Shown here one piece after another: positions 42,870 through 51,773 of a stretch of 64,000 bases of DNA. The stretch lies in the IMG/VR virus record IMGVR_UViG_3300011008_000022. One strand, 5' to 3'. The notes beneath the pieces were generated by a model. The model was not told the origin of the DNA, ran no database searches, and saw nothing but the letters and a program-made list of their open reading frames with translations. Position numbers and translations under genes: made by a program. Source of the stretch: a virus. The first letter of the stretch is position 1, and every line of letters starts with the position of its first letter.

Positions 42870-45800
42870 ATGATCTACGACCCACTCATAGACGAACTTG
42901 CAGCATTACCGCTGAACCTCCTCATACAACCTGCCGACCAGCAGACAGAAGAGGGACAGACGGCATGTTGGTGTCCGTTCTGTAAGGGTAATGCCAGTGC
43001 GTCCGCTGGTTCTGCTGGCGGGAAAAGCACTCCGCATTTCATCATCTACCACCGTCGTCGTGGTGGTCTCTATGGCAAACCTGTCGAATATTGGTTCTGT
43101 ACCAAGACGCGACGGGGTGGCTATGGAGCCATCGAACTGTATGCGGCAATGATGGGGCTGGGCTATTGGTGGCGTAAGGATGCACACGCTCCGCAGACAT
43201 TCATCTGTGTGGGAGAGGATCTGCGACATGCCTGCCTCGGATTGGCCGAGAAGATGGGACATACCCGTGAGGAAATCAAAGAGAAGTGGCCACAGCTGCT
43301 GGCTCGTGACTACCGAGAGACTGCCGTGCGACCACAAGAGGTGCTGACATTCGAGCCTAAGACGGACTTTACACCGCAGGATCTCGCAGCACTCGGATGC
43401 ACCACATGGCTCTCACGCGATGGCATCGAACAGTATGGCTTCGATACGGCCAACAAAGAGGCTGACTGGCATTTCCACCCGTCCATGATTCAAAAGGACT
43501 TTCACGTTTATGCGGTTGGTAAGGTGACGCTGCCTGCTGTCTCTCGCCAGGGCGAACCTCAGTCTGAGGTGCTGGTATCTACGCCTTGGAACCCTATCTT
43601 TGTCGCGCTCGCCGATGATGAGAACGAGGATTGTGGCTCTATCTTCCGTCCGGCCATCGAGGAACAGCCCCCTATGGTATTCTCTACAACCGAGGAGCAT
43701 ACCACTACCAAGGTAAGCCGTTGGCTGGCGGGCGATAAGGTCTTCTTACGCGCTGTCGAACTGCGCACATCCGACACGACGGGTGTACGCAAGGCCATTC
43801 AGGAACTCGACCCAGAGGAACGGGTGACTGAGGTAAAACAGGAATGGCAGGAGTCTTCCGATAAAAACGGCAACCCGAAAATGGAACTGATAGACGTGCC
43901 CATCCGTGATAAGGATATCAAGGCTCGTGCTGTTATCTATTGCACCTCGGCTCAGGATGCCATAGCCACCTACTACCACCTGAAGGCACTGCGACACACA
44001 TACCCCAAGCAGTTCGGCAACCGCTGGTATCATGTGTGCTTCCCTTATGGCGATGTGCCTTTCTCGAATATTCATTATAATAAGATGCACCGCTTTGCGG
44101 ATAACATCTACACCCTTTTCGCCTCTGACACGAAACAGACACTCCGTGCCCGTGACATCAGCTGCCGCTATCGTGACGTGCTACGTGCCCAACTGCCAGA
44201 GACAATGACAGACAGGGCACACCTTTATTTCCCACGTCTCTTCTGTCACCCCTCACAGACGGTACGCGACTTCTTCCTGGCTTACCACATGCTGCCGCGT
44301 GAGGCGTTCCAGAACGATGAGGACATCAACCGCCTCTTCTCATCATGTATCACGTCGGCTCTCAGCAGCGACCCCTTCGAGCGAAAAGAGAAAAGGGATA
44401 AGAATGGCATGGTGAAGGAGGTGTATTATACCATCAATCCAGCTACCCTTTGGGAGTTTATGGCCAGTGCGGGCTATGCTCGCGACGTGCGTCCCGATGA
44501 GCCGGATAAGATAGGACGTTATGTGCATATCGATGGCCCTTTTGCCGACGAACTGGAACCGCAGTCTATGGTGCAGGCCACCATCGAACACCTGAAGGCG
44601 TATGCACGTCAACTCAACGACGCTCGCCCTGGCCTTCCCGATGAATATGAGCTGATGGTGCAGTCTGTGCTTCGTGCAAATAAGGAGATCAACGAGAAGA
44701 CGATAGCCTCGCTCCCCGCTGTCAAGATGAACTATAACGAGGGCTATGGTCGCCACATCGAACATTTCTTCTACGAGAATGGTGCGCTTCGTATCACCGA
44801 CAACGAGATAACTTTGCTTCCCTACGATCAGATAGACTTCAACGTGGAACGTGGCGAGAAACTGCATTGGAACATCACGCCGCTAAAAGAACTGCCGTTC
44901 GAGATTTCCGAAAACCCCGACTATCGTCGTCGTTTGGAGGCTATCAAGGCTAAAGAGGCTGAAAAGGATGACAACGGCAAACCGCTCTATACGCTCTCCC
45001 AACTGGAACAGGATAAAAACGACCTGGCTCTCTGGGCACAGTCTCATCGCTGGCTCGTCGATTGGAAGGGTAAGCATGAGGATGAAATGTGGCCCACGCT
45101 CCGCGTCATTCGTGGCTTTGCGAATGAGGAGTGGGAACAGGAACAGCGCCTGATTCACGATGGCAAACAGTTTTCTTCTGAGGAACAGATGAAACTGGAT
45201 TGTCGTTTTGCTAACCTGATATTCTGTTTGGGACGTATGCTCTGGCGCTACCGTGATAGCAAGTCCAACTGTATCAGTTATCTCATCGAAAACGTGGTGT
45301 CTGCAGCCAACCGTGCTGAAGGTGGCTCAGGTAAATCTACATTCGTGCGTATCTTTGCCGGCTGTGCAGCGCATATCCTGAACATCAACGGACGCGACCT
45401 TATTAGTAATAAGGAGTTCTCGGCTAACCTGGCTGAGTATCAGCACCACAAACACCGCATCGTACACTGGGAGGATGTGGATGCCTCACTCGATTTCGGT
45501 AAGCTCTACAACCTCACCACCGGCGACTTCTCCGTCCGCTATATGTATAAGGACCGTATCACCATTCCTTTGTCTGAGGGTCCTGGTCATGTGGTCACGT
45601 CTAACTATCCGCTTCACGACCTCGACGACTCTACCATGCGTCGTGTCTGTCTGGGTGGTTTCTCTCATCGCTTCTGTGGCCAAAATATAATGAAGAACAA
45701 AGCGGCTCGCTATATTTCGGACATCATGCCCGACTTCAATGCCGTTTCTCCTGAAAAACTCTCCGCCACCTCTCGCAATCAGATTGCTATGATATGCGCC

Positions 45801-46538
45801 CTCGCTGTGCAGTTTGTCATGCGCTACGATGAGAAGGTGGACGCTCAGAAGAAGTACATGGAACAGCGTACCCTCACACAGTCACTCGGAGAGGCGTTCC
45901 TGCGTTTCGCTCGTGTGTTCTTTGCTCAGGAACATGTCTATGGTGTTCCCGTCGATCTCGACTCTATGCTGGAAGAATATAAGTCCGACTTTGCCGAGGC
46001 ATCGAAAAATAAGACTGACTCATTCTCTCCCAAGGCATTCAAACGCCGCATCCTCGATTACTGCGAGACTGCCGGCATTCTGATGAACCCGCCACAACTC
46101 TTCAAGAAAGCGGATGGTAAGGTGCTCAAAAAGGCTGAACAGACCAACTACTTCGCACACCAGGCTTGGTGTACGCGCCGTTACTTCGAGGGCCGTGAAT
46201 GGGAGGAGGATGCAACGATTGCACCTAAGCAGATCCGTGAATTGGTACGCACCGAACATGCGGTATATTTCTATCGCTCCGGCAAAGATACCATACCCGC
46301 TAACAACGATGAACTGATGAAGGCTTACGAGGCATTCCTGGCACAGCCCGATCCAGCACCAATCACTGATGATAATGGTCATATCGTAGCACTCACCGAA
46401 GAGGAACAGCAACGCTGGCGCTCATACCTCGATGGCCGTCAGCGCAAAAGGGCTTCTGGCGCTGCTCCTGCCACGCCAACAGCAGCAACCGCCACACCTG
46501 CCTCTACTGCACCGCCCGAAGATGACCTCCCCTTCTAA
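42870..46538 (+). CDS. primase-helicase (zinc finger + SF3/D5-like P-loop NTPase)
   Basis: 1222 aa. N-terminal CWCPFCKGN zinc motif, Walker A AEGGSGKSTF, and motif C-like VVTSNYP. Acidic C-terminal tip ...PPEDDLPF. Confidence 0.65.
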   Translation: MIYDPLIDELAALPLNLLIQPADQQTEEGQTACWCPFCKGNASASAGSAGGKSTPHFIIYHRRRGGLYGKPVEYWFCTKTRRGGYGAIELYAAMMGLGYWWRKDAHAPQTFICVGEDLRHACLGLAEKMGHTREEIKEKWPQLLARDYRETAVRPQEVLTFEPKTDFTPQDLAALGCTTWLSRDGIEQYGFDTANKEADWHFHPSMIQKDFHVYAVGKVTLPAVSRQGEPQSEVLVSTPWNPIFVALADDENEDCGSIFRPAIEEQPPMVFSTTEEHTTTKVSRWLAGDKVFLRAVELRTSDTTGVRKAIQELDPEERVTEVKQEWQESSDKNGNPKMELIDVPIRDKDIKARAVIYCTSAQDAIATYYHLKALRHTYPKQFGNRWYHVCFPYGDVPFSNIHYNKMHRFADNIYTLFASDTKQTLRARDISCRYRDVLRAQLPETMTDRAHLYFPRLFCHPSQTVRDFFLAYHMLPREAFQNDEDINRLFSSCITSALSSDPFERKEKRDKNGMVKEVYYTINPATLWEFMASAGYARDVRPDEPDKIGRYVHIDGPFADELEPQSMVQATIEHLKAYARQLNDARPGLPDEYELMVQSVLRANKEINEKTIASLPAVKMNYNEGYGRHIEHFFYENGALRITDNEITLLPYDQIDFNVERGEKLHWNITPLKELPFEISENPDYRRRLEAIKAKEAEKDDNGKPLYTLSQLEQDKNDLALWAQSHRWLVDWKGKHEDEMWPTLRVIRGFANEEWEQEQRLIHDGKQFSSEEQMKLDCRFANLIFCLGRMLWRYRDSKSNCISYLIENVVSAANRAEGGSGKSTFVRIFAGCAAHILNINGRDLISNKEFSANLAEYQHHKHRIVHWEDVDASLDFGKLYNLTTGDFSVRYMYKDRITIPLSEGPGHVVTSNYPLHDLDDSTMRRVCLGGFSHRFCGQNIMKNKAARYISDIMPDFNAVSPEKLSATSRNQIAMICALAVQFVMRYDEKVDAQKKYMEQRTLTQSLGEAFLRFARVFFAQEHVYGVPVDLDSMLEEYKSDFAEASKNKTDSFSPKAFKRRILDYCETAGILMNPPQLFKKADGKVLKKAEQTNYFAHQAWCTRRYFEGREWEEDATIAPKQIRELVRTEHAVYFYRSGKDTIPANNDELMKAYEAFLAQPDPAPITDDNGHIVALTEEEQQRWRSYLDGRQRKRASGAAPATPTAATATPASTAPPEDDLPF

Positions 46539-46547
46539 GTCCCTGTG

Positions 46548-46567
46548 TCCAGCCGTTCTCGGCTGGG
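46548..46567 (+). terminator. family-A hairpin
   Basis: gtgTCCAGCCGttctCGGCTGGGtctc. Confidence 0.6.
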
Positions 46568-46621
46568 TCTCACTAAGGAAACAACGTAATAACAATAAAA
46601 AATTAACTTAAAAGTAAAATT

Positions 46622-47221
46622 ATGGCACGTTACAGATTTTCTATCGACATCGGCACCTTTATCGGTGCCAGGTTCTTAAACCTCACACTCACAGAGGGTG
46701 GTAAACCCATTCCTGGCATCTTCATCCCTGCTGGCATCAATGGCATAGAGATACAACAGGACACCCGCGATGAGGGTAAGCGCAACGCCTCCGGCTTCCG
46801 TGCATTCCTGAACTTCCTCCAGCGCTCGTGCAATGGTAAGTACATCGATGCAGTGAAACAGTCACTCATGCGCAAAGGCGAAGAAATCACACTCTACAAC
46901 GTCCCTGCCTATCAGGTGGCCTACACGCTGCCCGAAGAGAAACGTAACAAAATCCGTGCGGCTCTCAAAGCGCGTGTCATCGCTGATCATCCTGAATGGA
47001 AAGACCAGTCCGACACACAGGGAACCGACCTCTCACGCGCTATCTCTATGCTGGTTCCCTATCAGATGGGCGACTCCTACCTGGTGGAAGACCAGAACAC
47101 GCAGCAGCCACGTAACAGCTCCGCACCTGTCGCTCAGGGTGTAGCCGGCTATACTCAGCCTGCCTCTTCTGAATACGACCCGTTTGGCGGTGGCGAAGCC
47201 AACGACGACCTCCCATTCTAA
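46622..47221 (+). CDS. candidate single-stranded DNA-binding protein
   Basis: 199 aa, between the helicase and the clamp. Gly/Gln-rich tail ending in the acidic tip GGGEANDDLPF, like the SSB C-terminal tip DDDIPF. OB fold not verified. Confidence 0.35.
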   Translation: MARYRFSIDIGTFIGARFLNLTLTEGGKPIPGIFIPAGINGIEIQQDTRDEGKRNASGFRAFLNFLQRSCNGKYIDAVKQSLMRKGEEITLYNVPAYQVAYTLPEEKRNKIRAALKARVIADHPEWKDQSDTQGTDLSRAISMLVPYQMGDSYLVEDQNTQQPRNSSAPVAQGVAGYTQPASSEYDPFGGGEANDDLPF

Positions 47222-47229
47222 CCCCTGTG

Positions 47230-47249
47230 CCCAGCCGTTCTCGGCTGGG
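47230..47249 (+). terminator. family-A hairpin
   Basis: ctgtgCCCAGCCGttctCGGCTGGGtcc. Confidence 0.6.
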
Positions 47250-47269
47250 TCCCTAAAAAAGCATTAACA

Positions 47270-48421
47270 ATGAAATTCAACGTATCATCCCGCGAACTGC
47301 TCCGTGTTCTGAAGGCCACCGGCGCAGTCATCCAACGCAAATGCAGCCTTCCCATCCTGACCAGCCACCTCTTTACGCAGGTAGGCGATAAGTTCTTCAT
47401 CACTGGCTCGTCACTGGAGAACGCCCTCACCATGCCGGTGGGCATCCTCATGGATGCTGGCGACACATTCCAGCCGTTCTGCCTGCCTGCTGCCGACATC
47501 ATCCCGCTACTTGGCTCTCTGCCTGAACAGCCAGTGACGTTCGATATCGACATGACCGCACATATCGCTCGTGTCATCTATCAGAGCGGACAGGTGTCTG
47601 TACCTATCGAAGACTCTGCCGAATATCCCAAGGTGGCTGATGTGGCCACACCTAAAACGGCTTTCACCGTTCCTGCCAATATATTCTTCCCTGCTGTCAA
47701 GGCTGCCAACGGCTGTACGGCTGTCGATGACACCCTGCGTCCGCAGATGTCTGCAGTAGCCCTCGACGTGAAAGATGAACAGGTTATCTTTGTGGGTACC
47801 GACGGCCATAGCCTCTATAAGTATGAGTATTTCCATGGTGCGCCGTTCCTGTCAGGCGAAAAGACGGTCATCCTCATTCCTAACACCATCGTAGGATCAC
47901 TCCAGACACCATTCCTCGGTGTAGAAGCTATTGAAGTGCTGTACGACGGTAAGCATGTATGCCTCCGTGCTGGTGATATCTCTTTCACCATTCGTGACAT
48001 CGAAAAGAAATATCCCAACTACAACAGCGTCATTCCAAAGAGTAACCCTTATCATGTGATACTGCCGGTGGCATCACTCCTCGGTGCCCTCAAACGTGTG
48101 CAGCTGATGGCCTCCGATGCCTCTAATATGGTCAAGCTCTCTAAGGATGGTATGTTTGTCAACCTCTCCGCTGCCGACATCGATTTCTCGAAGTCTGCCT
48201 CTGAGAACCTGACACTCGCCGAGGTGGATAAGCCGCTGACGCTGCCAGACGCTTTCGCCATCGGCTTCAAGGCGGTTACGCTCCTGAAACTGCTGGATAA
48301 CATCAGTACCGACAATGTGCGTATCGAACTCTCTGACCCTGCTCATGCTATGCTGATTAAAGAGGATGCGGAAAACTCCGTCCTCACCGAATTGTGTATG
48401 CCAATGAAACTCGAAGAATAA
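47270..48421 (+). CDS. dnaN: DNA polymerase III beta sliding clamp
   Basis: 383 aa. The N-terminus [45 protein letters not shown] matches the DnaN pattern. Confidence 0.75.
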   Translation: MKFNVSSRELLRVLKATGAVIQRKCSLPILTSHLFTQVGDKFFITGSSLENALTMPVGILMDAGDTFQPFCLPAADIIPLLGSLPEQPVTFDIDMTAHIARVIYQSGQVSVPIEDSAEYPKVADVATPKTAFTVPANIFFPAVKAANGCTAVDDTLRPQMSAVALDVKDEQVIFVGTDGHSLYKYEYFHGAPFLSGEKTVILIPNTIVGSLQTPFLGVEAIEVLYDGKHVCLRAGDISFTIRDIEKKYPNYNSVIPKSNPYHVILPVASLLGALKRVQLMASDASNMVKLSKDGMFVNLSAADIDFSKSASENLTLAEVDKPLTLPDAFAIGFKAVTLLKLLDNISTDNVRIELSDPAHAMLIKEDAENSVLTELCMPMKLEE

Positions 48422-48855
48422 TGAAAATAGATATCATCAACAACTCCCACCACCCACTCCCTGAATATGCCACAGCTCAGTCTGCAGGCATGGATCTTCG
48501 TGCTAACCTCACAGAGCCTATCGTTCTGCAACCCATGGAGCGTGTATTAGTCCCCACCGGCCTGCATATCGCACTCCCCGCAGGCTACGAGGCTCAGGTG
48601 CGCCCACGCTCAGGACTCGCCCTGAAACATGGTATCACCGTGCTCAATGCACCAGGCACCATCGATGCCGACTACCGTGGCGAAATTGGTGTGTTGCTCA
48701 TCAATCTTAGCAACATCCCCTTCGAGATCACCGATGGCGAACGCATCGCCCAACTGGTGATTGCTTCTTACGAACAGGCAGAGTGGAACCCAGTGACAGT
48801 CCTCGACGATACCGAACGTGGCGATGGCGGTTACGGACATACCGGCACAAAGTAA
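48421..48855 (+). CDS. dut: dUTP diphosphatase
   Basis: [35 protein letters not shown] and GERIAQL motifs. TAATG overlap with dnaN. Confidence 0.85.
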   Translation: MKIDIINNSHHPLPEYATAQSAGMDLRANLTEPIVLQPMERVLVPTGLHIALPAGYEAQVRPRSGLALKHGITVLNAPGTIDADYRGEIGVLLINLSNIPFEITDGERIAQLVIASYEQAEWNPVTVLDDTERGDGGYGHTGTK

Positions 48856-49271
48856 TGGATAATATGTATAACTGTGATTTTATCGCAAAGTCACTTGTTG
48901 CTGATGAGGGCTGTGCCACCAACTGTCCTGGTGTTACTCACCGTATAGAGGTGGCCTGCTTCTTCCGGCATGGCCGCACATCCTATTTCATTGCGAAAGA
49001 TGGCCGTGTCCTATCAGCTCCTACAGCCACCGTGCTCGATGGTTCTCCATCGAGTCCTGGCGCTCTCTGTAAGGAGATAGCATCTTTCAACGGCAAGGGC
49101 TATCGCCGTGTCCGTCTCGCTGGTAAGAACTTTAAGGTGCATCGCCTCGTGGCAGAAGCCTTTGTCCCTAACCCAGACAACCTTCCCCACGTCATCCATA
49201 TCGATGGCAACCGCACCAATAATCATTTCTCTAACCTCAAATGGTCCGCCACCCAGTCTAACCGCGAATGA
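48855..49271 (+). CDS. HNH homing endonuclease (free-standing)
   Basis: VHRLVAEAFVPNPDNLPHVIHIDGNRTNNHFSNLKW (HNH_3-type). In-frame hairpin at 49035-49054. Confidence 0.7.
   Translation: MDNMYNCDFIAKSLVADEGCATNCPGVTHRIEVACFFRHGRTSYFIAKDGRVLSAPTATVLDGSPSSPGALCKEIASFNGKGYRRVRLAGKNFKVHRLVAEAFVPNPDNLPHVIHIDGNRTNNHFSNLKWSATQSNRE
49035..49054 (+). repeat. hairpin in-frame inside the HNH CDS
   Basis: caccgtgCTCGATGGttctCCATCGAGtcctgg, encoding TVLDGSPSSPG. Confidence 0.75.
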
Positions 49272-49459
49272 AGCATCAGAAGAAAAAGAACCACGACCCA
49301 CGACGGCTGGAGCGCATCGATCCCTACGATATCAAGCGCCCACTCCCGTCACCATCCAGAACTTCCACAAAGTCCTACATCCGTGGTGACATCCGTCCCC
49401 GCCGTCGCCCTATCATTACAGCGCTGATAATCGTAATTCTTGTTTTAATTCCTATATGA
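49268..49459 (+). CDS. small basic protein with C-terminal TM helix
   Basis: 63-aa ORF with ATGA overlaps with both neighbours. Confidence 0.3.
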   Translation: MKHQKKKNHDPRRLERIDPYDIKRPLPSPSRTSTKSYIRGDIRPRRRPIITALIIVILVLIPI

Positions 49460-51072
49460 AAGAGAATATTAAACTACTATATATAGATTTATTTTGTGGT
49501 GCTGGAGGCACCTCTACTGGAGTGGAATATGCACGAGTGCATGGAGAAAAATGTGCTCGTGTTATTGCCTGTGTAAACCACGATGCTAACGCTATTCTAT
49601 CACATCAGGCAAATCATCCTGATACGCTCCACTTTACTGAGGATATTCGTACTTTGGAACTGTCGCCATTGGTAGCACACCTGGAAAAGATGAAATTGCA
49701 ATATCCTGATGCTCATGTGGTATTGTGGGCCAGTTTGGAATGCACGAATTTTAGCAGGGCAAAAGGTGGCCAGCCTCGTGACGCTGATTCACGAACATTA
49801 GCTGAACATTTGTTCCGATATATTGAAGCCTTACGTCCTCATTATATTCAAATTGAGAATGTAGAAGAATTTATGTGCTGGGGCGAACTCGATGAGCATG
49901 GAAAGCCTGTCAGCAAACATAAAGGCACATCATATCTCCGATGGGTACGTAATGTATGTCACTATGGTTATGATTTTGATTGGCGCATCCTGAATGCTGC
50001 AGATTTTGGCGCATATACTTCAAGAAAGCGTTTCTTTGGTCAGTTTGCTCTTCATGGCCTGCCTATTGTTTTCCCAATTTCAACTCACACAAAAGTGGTA
50101 GATGATAGTGGCATGTTCCATGACTATGAACAATGGAAACCTGTTAAGGAAGTTTTAGATTTGAATGACGAGGGGACCAGTATCTTTGGAAAGAAAAAGC
50201 CTTTATGTGAGCGTACTCTTGAACGTATCTATGCTGGTTTGGTCAAATTCGTTGCTGGTGGTAAAAAACAGCACGAGGCATGGATATTGAAGTACAACTC
50301 CATGAACAAAAACCACTATCATGTAGCGCCATCTATTGATGAGCCGTGTCCTACCGTGACAGTCCAAAACCGTCTTGGACTGGTTAAGTGTAATTTTTTG
50401 TCAAAACAGTTTGGTGGCAGTCCTGAAGGTAAGAATATTCCTATTGATGGTCCTGCCGGTGCTATTACTACCAGGGATCATCATGCTTTCATTACTGCCT
50501 ATTACGGTAATGGTTTTAATCATTCAATAGAAGAACCTGCTCCGACTATTACAACCTCAGATAGGTTTGGTATTGTTAAAAGTGTCTTTATGGCGAACGA
50601 ATATAGTGGTGGCGGCCAGATTTCTGATTTGGAAGCCCCCTGTCCTGCTGTGCTTACTACACCTAAACAGAAAATCGTTTCAGCGCAATATTTGATGAAC
50701 CCCCAATACCAGAGTGAGGGAGGAAGTATAGATAGCCCCTGTTTTACTCTGATTGCCAGAATGGATAAGATGCCCCCTTATCTTATTAGTACCGAGAAAG
50801 GACTGGGGATTGCTATTTATGAAGATGACAGCCCTATGACTAAAAAGGTTAAAGAGTTTATGGCTATGTATGGCATCGTTGATATAAAGATGCGTATGCT
50901 TAAAATTACTGAATTGAAAAAGATTATGGGTTTCCCAGAAGATTACGTGCTTATAGGAACTCAGGCAGAGCAAAAGAAATTTATCGGTAATGCTGTAGAG
51001 GTGAATATGAGCCGAGTGCTTTGTGAGGCATTATGTGCTCGTCTGGCAAAAGAAAATCGTATAGCAGTATAA
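49456..51072 (+). CDS. DNA (cytosine-5)-methyltransferase
   Basis: Motif I LFCGAGGTS, motif IV-like LECTNFS, ENVEEF and GNAVEV. AT-rich compared with its neighbours. Confidence 0.75.
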   Translation: MKENIKLLYIDLFCGAGGTSTGVEYARVHGEKCARVIACVNHDANAILSHQANHPDTLHFTEDIRTLELSPLVAHLEKMKLQYPDAHVVLWASLECTNFSRAKGGQPRDADSRTLAEHLFRYIEALRPHYIQIENVEEFMCWGELDEHGKPVSKHKGTSYLRWVRNVCHYGYDFDWRILNAADFGAYTSRKRFFGQFALHGLPIVFPISTHTKVVDDSGMFHDYEQWKPVKEVLDLNDEGTSIFGKKKPLCERTLERIYAGLVKFVAGGKKQHEAWILKYNSMNKNHYHVAPSIDEPCPTVTVQNRLGLVKCNFLSKQFGGSPEGKNIPIDGPAGAITTRDHHAFITAYYGNGFNHSIEEPAPTITTSDRFGIVKSVFMANEYSGGGQISDLEAPCPAVLTTPKQKIVSAQYLMNPQYQSEGGSIDSPCFTLIARMDKMPPYLISTEKGLGIAIYEDDSPMTKKVKEFMAMYGIVDIKMRMLKITELKKIMGFPEDYVLIGTQAEQKKFIGNAVEVNMSRVLCEALCARLAKENRIAV

Positions 51073-51095
51073 TATCATTCTTCCCCGTTCCGTCT

Positions 51096-51180
51096 GTCGC
51101 TATGCCATAGCGACATTCTCCACTACTCCCAGCCGTTCTCGGCTGGGTTTTTCTTTTCCTCCCAGCGCTTCTCCGCTGGG
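51096..51180 (+). terminator. stack of three hairpins (B, A, A)
   Basis: GTCGCTATGcCATAGCGAC (51096-51114), CCCAGCCGttctCGGCTGGG (51128-51147), CCCAGCGcttctcCGCTGGG (51161-51180). Confidence 0.65.
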
Positions 51181-51213
51181 TCTTTTTGTCCCGTCCTCGC
51201 TGCCGCTTCTTCG

Positions 51214-51221
51214 TATCTTTG
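51214..51221 (+). promoter_or_regulatory. -7 box TATCTTTG
   Basis: 15 nt upstream of ATG 51237, after three stacked hairpins. Confidence 0.5.
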
Positions 51222-51236
51222 TGCAAAATAAGAACA

Positions 51237-51761
51237 ATGGCAGCACAACTCGAAAAACCAATGCGTCGCCCGAATGTGGTCCTGCGCCGCTTCGCGATGG
51301 ATGCCGTGCAAGCACTTCAGGCGAACATGCAGACACAGCATGTGTTCCCGACGGAGATCTACCCAGGCTTCCGTCAGGTCAACGAGTATCGTCACAGACA
51401 TGGCTCCTGGTATGCCACTGGTAAAGGTGCCCGCTCTTTTACTTCCCGCATCGATGCCACTCCTGGGCATGAAGCTATCAGCCTCGGTTTCCGCGACTAC
51501 CTGCGTTTCGTCGATATGGGTACTGTCGGTGGCCGACCGCTCGACGTGGTGCGCCGTGACCGTAAGGCCCGCCATAACCGCCGCTATGTCCGCCAGTGGA
51601 TTGCCGTCATGGGCGAAAGCGCCCGACCATCGATAATGATGGAGGCTCGACATGTAGCCTCTCGTATGCAGCGCTATTACGAAGACTTCTACGGACGCGA
51701 ACTGTCAGTAGAGGTGTTCCGTGATATCGAAGACCTGCCACCACTCGTGTTCCAATTCTAA
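51237..51761 (+). CDS. hypothetical protein
   Basis: ATG at 51237, 15 nt after the TATCTTTG box (51214-51221). 174 aa. Confidence 0.6.
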   Translation: MAAQLEKPMRRPNVVLRRFAMDAVQALQANMQTQHVFPTEIYPGFRQVNEYRHRHGSWYATGKGARSFTSRIDATPGHEAISLGFRDYLRFVDMGTVGGRPLDVVRRDRKARHNRRYVRQWIAVMGESARPSIMMEARHVASRMQRYYEDFYGRELSVEVFRDIEDLPPLVFQF

Positions 51762-51773
51762 TATCTACCAATT

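Noticed and set aside
2430-51226. Small ORFs containing QPRTAG, AQPFSAG or CPAVLGWV peptides (e.g. 2430..2717, 7591..7818, 7625..8155, 47218..47577, 50981..51226, 28786..29130)
   Set aside because: These peptides are simply the intergenic hairpin read in one frame or in antisense. The ORFs bridge terminator-like elements and overlap better genes.
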